DNA from: Candidatus Latescibacterota bacterium
GTDB taxonomy: Bacteria > Latescibacterota > UBA2968 > UBA8231
Direction: 5' to 3'
DNA length: 64,000 bases
NCBI GenBank assembly: GCA_964291625.2
Contig: OZ220090.1
Coordinates: 352,001-416,000 of the forward strand
Positions 10,005 through 19,665 of the stretch are shown piece by piece. Below the pieces are notes generated by a model. That model saw only the letters and a program-made list of their open reading frames with translations, was not told where the DNA came from and made no database searches. Both the position numbers and the translations under genes were made by a program. Position 1 is the stretch's first letter; each line of letters starts with the position of its first letter.

Positions 10005-11044
10005 AGGTCGCCTCCCTGGAGCAGGAGGAGCTCTTCGTCAGCGGCGAGGGCGGCTGCCACACCTACCGCATACCCGCCCTGGCGGTCACCGCCGGGGGCG
10101 CGGTCCTGGCCTTCTGCGAGGGCCGCCGCGACAGCCGCTCGGACAGCGGCCAGATCGACCTGCTCCTGCGCCGAAGCACCGACGGCGGCCGCACCTGGAA
10201 CCCTCCCCGGGTGGTGGTCACCGAGCCGGGCATGACCTGCGGCAACCCCTGTCCCGTGGTCGACGCCCTCAGCGGCCGGGTGTGGCTGCCGTTCTGCAAG
10301 AACCTGGCCGACGGCCCGGAGAGCCTGATCATCGAGGGTAAAGCGCCGCGCACGGTGTGGGTCACCCACTCCGATGACGACGGCGAGAGCTGGTCCGAGC
10401 CCCGGGAGATCACGGCGCAGGTGAAGGCGCCGGAGTGGACCTGGTACGCCACCGGCCCCTGTCACGGGATTCAGCTCGGCAGCGGCCGGCTGGTGGTCCC
10501 CTGCGACCACATCGTGGGTCTGCACCACGATGCCCGGCGCGATCCCTACCACTCGCACGTGATCCTGTCCGACGATGGCGGGCAGAGCTGGCGCATCGGC
10601 GGCATCGTCGACGAGGGCACCAACGAGTGCTGCGTGGTGGAGACGGCGGACGGCTCCCTCTACCTCAACGCCCGCAGCTACCATGGGCGCAAGCTCCGGT
10701 CCAGCGCCCGCAGCGGCGACGGCGGCAACAGCTTCGAGCCTCGGGTCTGCGAGGAGAGCCTGCCGGAGCCGGTCTGCCAGGGGAGCCTGGTGAGCCTGGG
10801 GTCTCCGCCCAGCGATCCGGCCCTGTTCGCCAATCCCGCCAGCCCCGAGGCGCGGGAGAACCTCACCTTGCGGGCTACCGCCGACGGCGGCCGAACCTGG
10901 ACCGTCGTGCGCAGCCTCTACGAGGGGCCTTCGGCCTACTCCGACCTGGCGGTCACCGCCGCGGGCGAGGTCCTCTGCCTCTACGAGCGTGGCGCCGACC
11001 ACCCTTACGAAACCCTCACCCTGGCGCGCTTCACCCTCGGCTGA
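10001..11044 (+). CDS. Exo-alpha-sialidase (GH33)
   Basis: YRIP motif; Asp-boxes STDGGRTW, SDDDGESW, SDDGGQSW; TNEC, VCQGS, AYSDL; GTGA overlap with the peptidase stop. Confidence 0.9.
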   Translation: MKVASLEQEELFVSGEGGCHTYRIPALAVTAGGAVLAFCEGRRDSRSDSGQIDLLLRRSTDGGRTWNPPRVVVTEPGMTCGNPCPVVDALSGRVWLPFCKNLADGPESLIIEGKAPRTVWVTHSDDDGESWSEPREITAQVKAPEWTWYATGPCHGIQLGSGRLVVPCDHIVGLHHDARRDPYHSHVILSDDGGQSWRIGGIVDEGTNECCVVETADGSLYLNARSYHGRKLRSSARSGDGGNSFEPRVCEESLPEPVCQGSLVSLGSPPSDPALFANPASPEARENLTLRATADGGRTWTVVRSLYEGPSAYSDLAVTAAGEVLCLYERGADHPYETLTLARFTLG

Positions 11045-11085
11045 GCCGCCGCGGCGGTCCTGCGCCGATGCCGGCGCCGCCGGCT

Positions 11086-11113
11086 TTGACCGGCAGACGG
11101 GCGCGCCTAGGTT
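11086..11113 (+). promoter_or_regulatory. Putative sigma70 promoter for the cyclase-amidohydrolase operon
   Basis: TTGACC-16 bp-TAGGTT, followed by RBS AAGGAGG before ATG 11155. Confidence 0.4.
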
Positions 11114-11154
11114 TTGCCCCCCTCGCGCGGGAAGCTCTCCAAGGAGGCACGACC

Positions 11155-12148
11155 ATGCCACGGTCCATCACCCTCGCACTCGCACTCGGCGCCATCCTGC
11201 TCGCCGGCGGTCGGGCCGACGGACAGACCCGGGAGCAGGGCCCCTGGTGGCCCCACCCGGTGTGGGGGCCCGACGACCAGGCCGGCGGCTCGAACTGGAT
11301 CACCCCGGAGGTCGTGCTGCGCGCCGCCCGCCTGGTGGAGACCGGCCAGGTCTACGAGCTCGGCCAGGTCTACGAGTTCGGCATGCCCCTCTTCGGGCAG
11401 CGCACCTACGCCATGAGCATCCCGGGCTCGCCCACGGGCGGACCCTTCGGCGAGGAACAATCAGCTCGTCTACTTCGACGACTTCCTGTGCGGCGAGATC
11501 GGCCAGATCGGCACCCAGTTCGACGGCCCCGGCCACATCGGCACGCGCATGACCATGGGCGACGGCTCCAGGGCCGACGTGTTCTACAACGGCTTCACGC
11601 GGCAGGAGATCGAGGGATCGTACGGTCTGAAGGAGCTGGGCGTCGAGAACATCAAGCCCTTCTTCACCCGGGGGGTGCTCATCGACATCGCCGGCCTCAA
11701 GGGGGTCGACGCCCTCGACCACAGCTACGAGGTCACCGTGGCCGACGTGCGCGGCGCCCTCGAGCGCCAGGGGATGTCGGAAGGGGACCTGCAGCCCGGC
11801 GACGCCCTGCTCTTCCGCTACGGCTGGTCGAAGCACTGGAGGAACCCGCTGAAGTACAACACCGACCCGCCCGGCATCGGCATGGAGGTGGCGGCCTGGC
11901 TCGTGGAGCGCCAGCCGTCGATGATCGGCTCCGACCAGTGGACCACGGAGGTCGTGCCGAACCCCGACCCGGAGCTGCAGTTCCCCGTGCACCAGGAGCT
12001 GATCACCAAGGCCGGCATCTGGAACCTGGAGAACATGGTCTACGAGACTCTCGTCGAGGACGGGGTCCACGAGTTCCTCTTCGTCTTCACCCCGGTCCGC
12101 TTCAGGGGCGGCACGGGATCCCCCGGCCGGCCGATCGCGATCCGATGA
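11155..12148 (+). CDS. Secreted cyclase family (kynurenine formamidase-like) metal hydrolase; frameshift near 11455
   Basis: Signal peptide and WGPDDQAG in one frame, then GQIGTQFDGPGHIG, TRGVLIDIA, PVHQELI, GGTGSPGRPIA in the next frame. Confidence 0.8.
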
Positions 12149-14815
12149 CGGTACCGACACCCGTCACCCTGCGCCGCCTCTGCCGCGGCGCCCTGCCGGC
12201 CATCCTCGGCGCCAGCGACGGCAAGGGGATGATGAAGATGGTGGAGGAGGTCGTCCGCCACGACCGCTGGAACTCCTTCGACCGCTTCCACGATACCACC
12301 GGGGTCCTCGTCGACATGTACGAGAAGGCGGGGGCCGGCGCCGAGGTGACCCCGGTGCAGACCGGGGGCCGCATCGGCACCGGGCGCTGGATCATCCAGG
12401 AGGCCCAGGACGTCAGCTCGGCCACCCTCGACGTGGTGCGGCCCTTCCGCGAGCGCGTCGCCGACTACCGCGACAACCCCTGGCACGCGGTCCAGTGGAC
12501 GGCGGCCACCCCCAGGGGCGGGCTGCGCTGCGAGCTGGTCGTGGTCGACGACGAGGCCGCCCTCGACCGCATGGGGCCCGACAGCCTCGAGCGGGCGGGC
12601 GGTGCTCACCCGCCTCGACATCCGCGGCCGCATGGAGCGGTTCGCCCAGAAGGGAGCGGCGGCGGTGATCATGGAGAAGGAGGTGCCCAACAACCCCGGC
12701 GCCGTGGCCTGGATCAAGTTCGGCTGGGGCGCCGTGCCCATGGCTCACGCCACGGCCAGGCTGGTGGGGCTGGTCGTGTCCCGGCGCCAGGGGGACCGCC
12801 TCCGGGGGCAGCTTCGGCAGCATGGGCGCCTCGTGGTGCAGGTCCGCGTCGACGCCCGGCGCTACGTGGGCAGCCACGACGTCGTCTGCGGGGTGGTCCC
12901 CGGCGGCGGCGATCCTCAGGACGAGGTCTGGGCCATCGCCCACTCCGCCGAGCCGGGGGCCGTGGACAACGCCTCGGGCTGCGCCGTCACCGTCGAGATC
13001 GCCCGGGTCCTCGAGGGGCTCATCGCCTCCGGCGCGCTGCCGCGCCCGAGGCGGACGATCCGCCTGATCAACGGCTACGAGTGCTACGGCTTCTTCGCCT
13101 ACCTGGAGAGGGTCAAGCGGCTGCAGCCGCCCCTGGCCGGGGTCTGCATCGACACCCTCGGCTCCCGGCCGGGGATCTGCGACGGCCGCCTCGAGTGGCG
13201 GTCCACGGTGCCGGGCTCCGCGGGCTTCGTCGACTGGATCGGGGAGAAGATCCTGCGCTCCACCCTGCGGCAGTACCGGGCCGCCGGTTACCACCTCGCC
13301 CTCGGTCCCTTCATGGCCACCAGCGACACCCTCATAGGCGATCCCCAGTACGGCTACCCCTGTCCTTGGATCACCAACCACCACAAGCGCGACGGCAGCT
13401 CCTGGGACGCCTACCACACCTCCGCGGACCAGCTCGAGCTGCTGAGCCCGGCGGGCCTCAAGACCTGCGCCGCGGCCATGGCCGCCTACCTCTACTACCT
13501 GGCCGACGCCGCCACGCCGGAAGTCCTGCAGATCGCCCGCTCCGAGACCGAGCGCCTGACCGGGGAGCTGCGCGCCCACCGCCGCCGCCTCGACCGCGAC
13601 GGCGCCGAGTTCCTGCGCCGCGCTCACGAGACCAGCCTGACGCGGCTGCAGCGCTGGCTCTGGGGGGGTGACCGCCGCGAGGTGATGGCCGAGCTGGGCG
13701 AGATGAGTCGCCAGATGGGACAGGCCGCCTCCAGCGTCCGCCGCCGCGGACCGGCTGTCCGCTCCACCGCGGCCCTGCGCCGCATCCCGCGCCGCAAGGC
13801 CCTGCTGACGCCGACTACCGAGAACCTGCCCACGCCGGTGGCCCGCAGGATCTCCGGCGCCCGCCAGAGTCCATGGGCTTTGTACTGGGCCGACGGCCGC
13901 CTCACCCTCGCCGAGATCACCGCCGCCCTCGCCTGGGAGCGGGGGGGCCTGCTGGCGCCCGGGGCGACCCCGAGGCGGGGAGAGGTCAGGAGCGAAGACG
14001 TGGTCCGGTTCTTCGAGGCCCACGCCGAGATCGACTACGTCGACCTGCCCGAGCGCCATGAGATGGTCGACAAGGCGAAGATCGTCGCCGACCTGCGCCG
14101 CCTCGGCGTCGAGCGCGGCATGGACCTCATGGTCCACAGCTCCCTGTCGAAGATCGGACACGTGGAGGGCGGCGCCGAAACGGTCGTCTCGGCCCTGCTG
14201 CAGGCGGTGGGATCATCGGGGACGCTGCTCATGCCCTCCTTCAACCACCGCGCCGCCCAGGTCTACAACCGCATGGCGACGCCGACCACCAACGGCGCCA
14301 TCCCCGACGCCTTCTGGCGCCGTCCCGGGGCGGTGCGCAGCGAGCACCCCACCCACGCGGTGGCCGCCATCGGGCCGCGCGCCGAGCGCTACTGCGCCTC
14401 CCACCTGGAGGCGGGGATCTGGGAGCCGGAGAGCCCCATCGGCCAGCTGGTCCACGGCGGCGGCTGGATCCTGGCCCTCGGCACCACCCACTGGACCTCC
14501 ACGGCCTACCACGTGGCCGAGATGTCCGTGCCCTGCGGCTGCATCGACCCCTTCGGCAACATCGACCGCGTCGTCGGCGGCGACGGCCGCGTCGAGGAGG
14601 TCTGGGGACTGGCCTTCCGCCGGGGGGAGTGCCCGGTGGAGATCTCCCCCAAGCTCGACGACGCCCTCGACCGCCGCGGACTGCAGCGGCGCGGCAGGGT
14701 GGGGGAGGCGGAGTGCGAGCTGGTCCGGGCCGAGGACCTGTGGCGGGTTCGCCGCGAGCACCTGCGGACGGTCTGCCCGACCTGCCGCATCGCCCCCAGC
14801 TACCGGGACGGGTGA
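12145..14815 (+). CDS. Fusion of a DUF4910/M28-like aminopeptidase domain and an AAC(3)-family N-acetyltransferase domain; frameshift near 12595
   Basis: IAHSAEPGAVDNASG and YHTSAD (M28-like); C-terminal DLRRLGV..G..LMVHSSLSKIG.VEGG, GTLLMPSF, RSEHPTHAVAAIG (Antibiotic_NAT). ATG overlaps the cyclase stop. Confidence 0.75.
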
Positions 14816-15585
14816 AGGCTTCCTTCTTGAGCGAGCTCTCCTTCCGCGCCGACAGGGAAGTGATCGACGCCAACGTCGGCGTCGGCCACCGCCACGACCG
14901 GCCCGCCCCCTTCGAGGACGCCGCCGGTCTGCTGGCGGAGATGGACCGCCACGGCGTCGACGCCGCCGTCGTCTACCACGTGCAGGGCGAGTCGGTGAGC
15001 GCCCTCGACGGCAATGACCTGCTCCGCGGGTGGGTCGAGGGCCAGCCGCGGCTGATTCCCCAGTGGGTGGCGGGCTCCGACCCGGCCACCCACCGGCAGC
15101 TGGAGGGGCTGCACGCCGAGGGCCGGTTGGGCAGCGTGCGCCTCCACGACACCGCGTCCTGCCGCGCCCCCTTGACCGACTGGATCTACGGCGACCTGCT
15201 GGCGTGGCTGGAGGCAGAGGGGATCCCCTTGTGGATCTCCTTGGCGGACAACGACCTCGCGCAGCTGGCCGACACTCTCGGCCGCTATCCGGAACTGGTG
15301 AGCGTGCTCCTGGGCGCCCACTACACGCACGCCGCCCTCGTGCGTCCGCTGATGCGGAAGCTGCCCCGGTCGGTGCTGGAGCTGAGCCGCCACGAGACCC
15401 CCGGCGACGTCGAGGCCCTGGGGCGCGACGTGGGCGCCCGCCGCCTGGTCTACGGCTCCTTCTACCCCCGGTATGCCATGGGCCCCATCCTCTACTACCT
15501 GCACCGGTGCGACCTTGCCGCACCGCAGCTCGACCTGATCTGCGCCGGCAACGTACGCCGCCTCCTCGGGGAGAAGGTCGGATGA
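14812..15585 (+). CDS. Amidohydrolase_2-like protein with a degenerate metal site
   Basis: VIDANVGVG in place of DxHxH; EMDRHGVD, GARRLVYGSFYP, ICAGNVRRLL. Confidence 0.7.
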   Translation: MKASFLSELSFRADREVIDANVGVGHRHDRPAPFEDAAGLLAEMDRHGVDAAVVYHVQGESVSALDGNDLLRGWVEGQPRLIPQWVAGSDPATHRQLEGLHAEGRLGSVRLHDTASCRAPLTDWIYGDLLAWLEAEGIPLWISLADNDLAQLADTLGRYPELVSVLLGAHYTHAALVRPLMRKLPRSVLELSRHETPGDVEALGRDVGARRLVYGSFYPRYAMGPILYYLHRCDLAAPQLDLICAGNVRRLLGEKVG

Positions 15586-16331
15586 TCTCCGGCACCCGCG
15601 TCATCGACGCCCACGGCCACGTGGGCAACTGGGAGGTACTCGGCATGCGCGACGACGCCGGGGAGGTCCTGCGGACCATGGACCGCGCCGGCATCGACGT
15701 GGCCGTCGTCTTCGGCATCTTCCACCCCGAGGGCCGGAGGTCCAACGACGCCGCGGCCGCCTTCGTGGCCGCCCACCCGGACCGCTTCGCCGCCCTGGCC
15801 TACGCCTCACCGCTGATGCCGGAGGGCATGGTCTCCGAGCTGCGCCGGGCGATCGACGACCTCGGCTTCCTGGGCGTGAAGATCTATCCGCCGTACACGC
15901 CCTGGCCCCTGGACCACGAGGCCTGGGACCCGGTCTACGCCTTCGTCGAGGAGCGCGGCCTGCCGCTGCTGTCCCACACCGACGCCGGCGACGTCTCCCG
16001 GCCGGCCCAGCTGGCGGCGGCGGCCCGGCGCTTCCCCGGGGCCTCCTTCATCGCCGGCCACTCCGGCAACGTCGAGCCCGCGCGTTCGGAGGCGATCCGG
16101 GCGGCGCAGGAGCTGCCCAACTACTACCTCGAGACCTGCTCCACCTACCGCACGCCCGGAGTCATCGAGGAACTGGTGGCCGGAGCCGGCTCCGAGCGCG
16201 TGCTCTTCGGGTCCGATCAGCCGCTGATGGACCCGCGCCCCCAGTTGGGCAAGATCGTCACCGCGGACCTGACCGACGAGGACAAACGGCTGGTCCTCGG
16301 CGGCAACGCCGCCCGCCTGCTGGGGCTGTAG
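15582..16331 (+). CDS. Amidohydrolase_2 family metal-dependent hydrolase
   Basis: IDAHGH, GVKIYP, LSHT, AGHSG, RVLFGSDQP, GGNAARLLGL. Confidence 0.85.
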   Translation: MISGTRVIDAHGHVGNWEVLGMRDDAGEVLRTMDRAGIDVAVVFGIFHPEGRRSNDAAAAFVAAHPDRFAALAYASPLMPEGMVSELRRAIDDLGFLGVKIYPPYTPWPLDHEAWDPVYAFVEERGLPLLSHTDAGDVSRPAQLAAAARRFPGASFIAGHSGNVEPARSEAIRAAQELPNYYLETCSTYRTPGVIEELVAGAGSERVLFGSDQPLMDPRPQLGKIVTADLTDEDKRLVLGGNAARLLGL

Positions 16332-16333
16332 CC

Positions 16334-17233
16334 GTGGCCGGCCCCCTGACCCTGCTCAGCATCGGCGCCCACCCGGCCGATATCTTCGACCAGTCGGGCG
16401 GCACCATGGCCCACCACGTGGAGCGCGGCGACCGCGTCGCCTGCGCCGTCCTCACCCACGGGGCCCGGGTCCACGACGCCGAGGTGAGCGACGCCATGTT
16501 CCACCGGGATCGGGTGCCGGAGGCCGGGGAGTTGAGGGACCTCATGGCCGAGCGCGCCGAGGTCAAGGCCGGGGAGGTCCGCCGCGCCTGCGCCCTCCTC
16601 GGCGTGGAGGAGATCCACTTCCTCGGCTTCGACGACGCCGTGCTGCAGGCGACCGAGGAGATCGTGCGCCGCCTGGCGAGCCTGCTGCGCCAAGTGCGCC
16701 CCCACGTGGTCCTCACCCACTTCCCGTACGAGGGCGACGCCGTCAACGCCCACGCCGTCACCGGCCGCATCTGCCTGCAAGCCCTGGGGCTGGCCGGCAG
16801 CGTCGACCCCGGCGACCGGAACCCGCCGCACAAGACGGCGCAGGTCTTCTTCTTCGGCACCGGCGCCGCGCCCCTGCCGCGGAACGTGTGGGGCGCCCGG
16901 GGCGGCTTCTACAACGACATCTTCATCGACATCGGCGACGTGGTGGAGAAGAAGCTCGCCGCCCTCGATGCCCTGGTGAGCCAGGGCTACGGGGGCGCCT
17001 ACGCCCGCAAGCGCATCGAGACCTCGGACGGCGCCTTCGGCAACGCCGCCCACTGCAGCTACGCCGAGGGCTTCATCAAGATGAACGCCGAGTGCCACCA
17101 CCACCTGCCGGTGACCGACCGGGCCCTCGAGCTGGCGGGACTGAGCGACCACGAGGTGATCCCCCGGGCCTCGGTCCGGCACGATCCGGGTCCACGCGAG
17201 GCCGGCTCCGGGGGGCCGGATCGTACGGCTTGA
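16334..17233 (+). CDS. PIG-L/LmbE family deacetylase-like protein
   Basis: IGAHPADIF, LTHG, ACALLGV, VRPHVVLTH, DIGDVVEKKLAAL, YAEGF. HPAD in place of HPDD resembles the GalB-type variants. Confidence 0.75.
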   Translation: MAGPLTLLSIGAHPADIFDQSGGTMAHHVERGDRVACAVLTHGARVHDAEVSDAMFHRDRVPEAGELRDLMAERAEVKAGEVRRACALLGVEEIHFLGFDDAVLQATEEIVRRLASLLRQVRPHVVLTHFPYEGDAVNAHAVTGRICLQALGLAGSVDPGDRNPPHKTAQVFFFGTGAAPLPRNVWGARGGFYNDIFIDIGDVVEKKLAALDALVSQGYGGAYARKRIETSDGAFGNAAHCSYAEGFIKMNAECHHHLPVTDRALELAGLSDHEVIPRASVRHDPGPREAGSGGPDRTA

Positions 17234-17258
17234 CATGGAACGCCCCCCGGCGTAAGGT
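17230..17258 (+). promoter_or_regulatory. sigma70-like promoter
   Basis: Perfect TTGACA (17230-17235), 17 bp spacer, TAAGGT (17253-17258). Confidence 0.65.
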
Positions 17259-17264
17259 ACTGAC

Positions 17265-17423
17265 ATCCCCACGGCCGGCTCCTCCGGGAACCGGCCAGAA
17301 CCGGATCGACGGTAGGCCGCCTCGTACCGCCGTTCCGGAAAAGTCGAGCGGTCCTCTGCTTTCTCCTACGCTCGACTCTGTTTCTCCATAGACAGGGGGC
17401 CCTCGGGCCTCCTGTCTATTTTT
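17265..17423 (+). ncRNA. Candidate small RNA or structured leader with four hairpins and CU-rich (anti-SD-like) single-stranded segments
   Basis: Hairpins at 17273-17296, 17301-17338 and 17342-17377 (AGTCGAGCG/CGCTCGACT), then the terminator hairpin; lies between a promoter and a T-tract; no plausible ORF. Confidence 0.55.
17388..17423 (+). terminator. Rho-independent terminator
   Basis: ATAGACAGGGGGCC-CTCG-GGCCTCCTGTCTAT stem (14 bp with one G-U) followed by TTTT. Confidence 0.8.
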
Positions 17424-17466
17424 CTTGCGCCCCTTACGGACTCCCTCCTCCTCGACCCCCCGGCCC

Positions 17467-18765
17467 ATGCTCCTCGCCCCCGAAGCCGCCGCCCTCGACC
17501 GGCGGCTGGATCTGGTCGACGCCTCCGAGCCCCGGATCCGGGCCCTGGTCCCGGAGGCGGACCGTCGCCGCCGCCTGGTCACCGAGATGGGGGCCGCGCC
17601 CGAGGGCTCCCTGCGGCACCTGCTGGTGGGTGTGAAGGACATCTTTCACGCCCGGGGCCTGCCCACCCGGGCAGGTACCGCCTTGCCGGGCGGCCTCTTC
17701 GCCGCGGAGGGCGTGGAGGAGGCCGACGCCGACTGCGTCGCCGCCCTGCGGGCGGCGGGAGCCGTGGTTCTGGGCAAGGCGGTGACCACCGAGTTCGCCT
17801 ACTTCGAGCCGGGGCCGACGCGCAACCCGCGAGAGCTCGCCCACACCCCGGGCGGTTCCTCCAGCGGCTCGGCGGCGGCGGTGGCGGCCAGGTACTGCGA
17901 GCTGGCACTGGGGTCCCAGACCGTGGGCTCCGTCATGCGGCCAGCCGCCTACTGCGGCGTCGTCGGCTTCAAGCCGACCTTCGGGCGCGTCTCCCGGGGC
18001 GGCCTGCTGGCTTGCTCGCCCTCGGTGGACACGGTGGGGCTCTTCGCCCCGGACACGGCTACCGCGGCCCGGGGGGCGGCGGTGATCCTCGATGCCTGGG
18101 ACCCCGCCGCCGCCGAGGGCCACCGGGAGGCGCCCCGGCCCGTCCTCGGGGTTCCGGAAGGGCCGTACCTGCGGCAGGCTACGCCCGAGGGACTCGCGGG
18201 GTTCGAGGAGCAGGCGGCGCGCCTGGAATCCGCCGGCTTCCGGGTGGAGCGGCTGGAGATCCTGACCGACATCGACGAGGTCAACCAGCGCCACCGCGAC
18301 CTGCACGGGGCGGAGATGGCCCTCGAGCACGCCCCGTGGATGGAGGAGCACCTCCATCTCTACAAGCCGCTGACCCGCCAGTTCCTGCTGCGCGGACGGG
18401 AGATCCCCGAGGCACGGCTCCTGGCTGGCAGGGAAGGGCGAGGCCGCCTGCGGCAACAGTTGGAGCAGATCATGGCGGCGGAAGGCGTCGACCTCTGGAT
18501 CTGTCCGTCGGCGCCGGGGCCCGCCCCCCGGGGGCTGCAGGCCACGGGGGACCCGGTCATGAACCTGCCCTGGACCCACGCCGGCCTGCCGGCCCTGAGC
18601 CTGCCGGCGGGCCTCGTGGGCCAGCTGCCCCTGGGGCTGCAGTGCGTCGCCGCCCACGGCCGCGACGAGGCCCTCCTGGCATGGGGCGCCGCCCTCGAGG
18701 CGGCCCTCGGTCCCGGCGGCGGCCGAGCTTCGACCCACGCGAGCGCCGGTCCTATATTTCACTGA
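17467..18765 (+). CDS. Amidase signature family protein (start uncertain)
   Basis: VGVKDIF, LGKAVTTEFA, HTPGGSSSGSAAAVA, GSQTVGSVMRPAAYCG. Confidence 0.85.
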   Translation: MLLAPEAAALDRRLDLVDASEPRIRALVPEADRRRRLVTEMGAAPEGSLRHLLVGVKDIFHARGLPTRAGTALPGGLFAAEGVEEADADCVAALRAAGAVVLGKAVTTEFAYFEPGPTRNPRELAHTPGGSSSGSAAAVAARYCELALGSQTVGSVMRPAAYCGVVGFKPTFGRVSRGGLLACSPSVDTVGLFAPDTATAARGAAVILDAWDPAAAEGHREAPRPVLGVPEGPYLRQATPEGLAGFEEQAARLESAGFRVERLEILTDIDEVNQRHRDLHGAEMALEHAPWMEEHLHLYKPLTRQFLLRGREIPEARLLAGREGRGRLRQQLEQIMAAEGVDLWICPSAPGPAPRGLQATGDPVMNLPWTHAGLPALSLPAGLVGQLPLGLQCVAAHGRDEALLAWGAALEAALGPGGGRASTHASAGPIFH

Positions 18766-18791
18766 TTCATCAGATTTCGCGGAGAGGACGG

Positions 18792-19658
18792 ATGCAGCTG
18801 ACAGTGGACCAGATCGAGTTCTATCGCGAGAAGGGTTACCTCGGTGTGGAGGGCGTGTTCTCCGCGGCCGAGGTCGGAGAGTTGCAGCGGGTGACCGACG
18901 AGTTCGTGGAGAAGTCGCGCAGCGTCACCGATCACGACGATGTCTTCGACCTCGAGCCCGACCACACTCCCGAGTTTCCCAAGCTGCGGCGCTTGAAGAA
19001 CCCGGCCAGGCAGCACGAGGCCTACGGCCGCGCCCTGCGCAACGACCGCGTCCTCGACATCGTCAGCCAGCTCGTAGGCACCGAGGCCGTGCGCGGCCAC
19101 GGCAACAAGCTCAACATCAAGGCCGCCGACTTCGGCAGCCCCGTGGAGTGGCACCAGGACTGGGCCTTCTACCCCCACACCAACGACGACATGCTGGCCG
19201 TCGGCGTCTGCATCGACGAGATGAGCGAGGCGAACGGCTGCCTCCTCATCATCCCCGGCTCCCACAAGGGGCCCGTCCTCGACCACCACCTGGATGGCCG
19301 CTTCGCCGGAGCCGTCACCGAGCCCGACTTCGACGACTCCACGGCCGAGAAGGTGGAGCTGCCCGCCGGCGGCATCTCCCTGCACCATGTGCGGGTCCTC
19401 CACGGCTCGCTGCCCAACCGCTCGCCGAACCCGCGGCGCCTGCTGCTGTTCGAGTACGGCGCCGGCGACGCCTGGCCCCTCAGGGGCTCGGACTGGGACG
19501 CCTTCTGCGACTCCTTCGTCCGCGGCGAGCCCTCCAACGAGCCCCGCCTGGAGCCGGTCCCGGTGCGGCTGGCCCTGCCGGTGGCGCTCCGGGCCGGCTC
19601 GATCTACGAGAACCAGAGCGTCCTCAGGGGCTCGACCTTCAAGTCCCCCGGGGGCTGA
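18792..19658 (+). CDS. Phytanoyl-CoA dioxygenase (PhyH) family Fe(II)/2OG dioxygenase
   Basis: WHQDW HxD motif, NGCL.IIPGSH, LHGS.PNRS..RR. Confidence 0.9.
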   Translation: MQLTVDQIEFYREKGYLGVEGVFSAAEVGELQRVTDEFVEKSRSVTDHDDVFDLEPDHTPEFPKLRRLKNPARQHEAYGRALRNDRVLDIVSQLVGTEAVRGHGNKLNIKAADFGSPVEWHQDWAFYPHTNDDMLAVGVCIDEMSEANGCLLIIPGSHKGPVLDHHLDGRFAGAVTEPDFDDSTAEKVELPAGGISLHHVRVLHGSLPNRSPNPRRLLLFEYGAGDAWPLRGSDWDAFCDSFVRGEPSNEPRLEPVPVRLALPVALRAGSIYENQSVLRGSTFKSPGG

Positions 19659-19665
19659 GCCTCCC

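Noticed and set aside
11344-11379. Tandem 18-bp repeat GGCCAGGTCTACGAG(C/T)TC
   Set aside because: In-frame GQVYEL/GQVYEF within the cyclase; only two units with no spacer, so not a CRISPR or VNTR.
14060-14815. AAC(3) domain as an acquired aminoglycoside-resistance gene
   Set aside because: It is fused in a metabolic operon with host-like composition and no mobile context; the family includes many non-resistance members.
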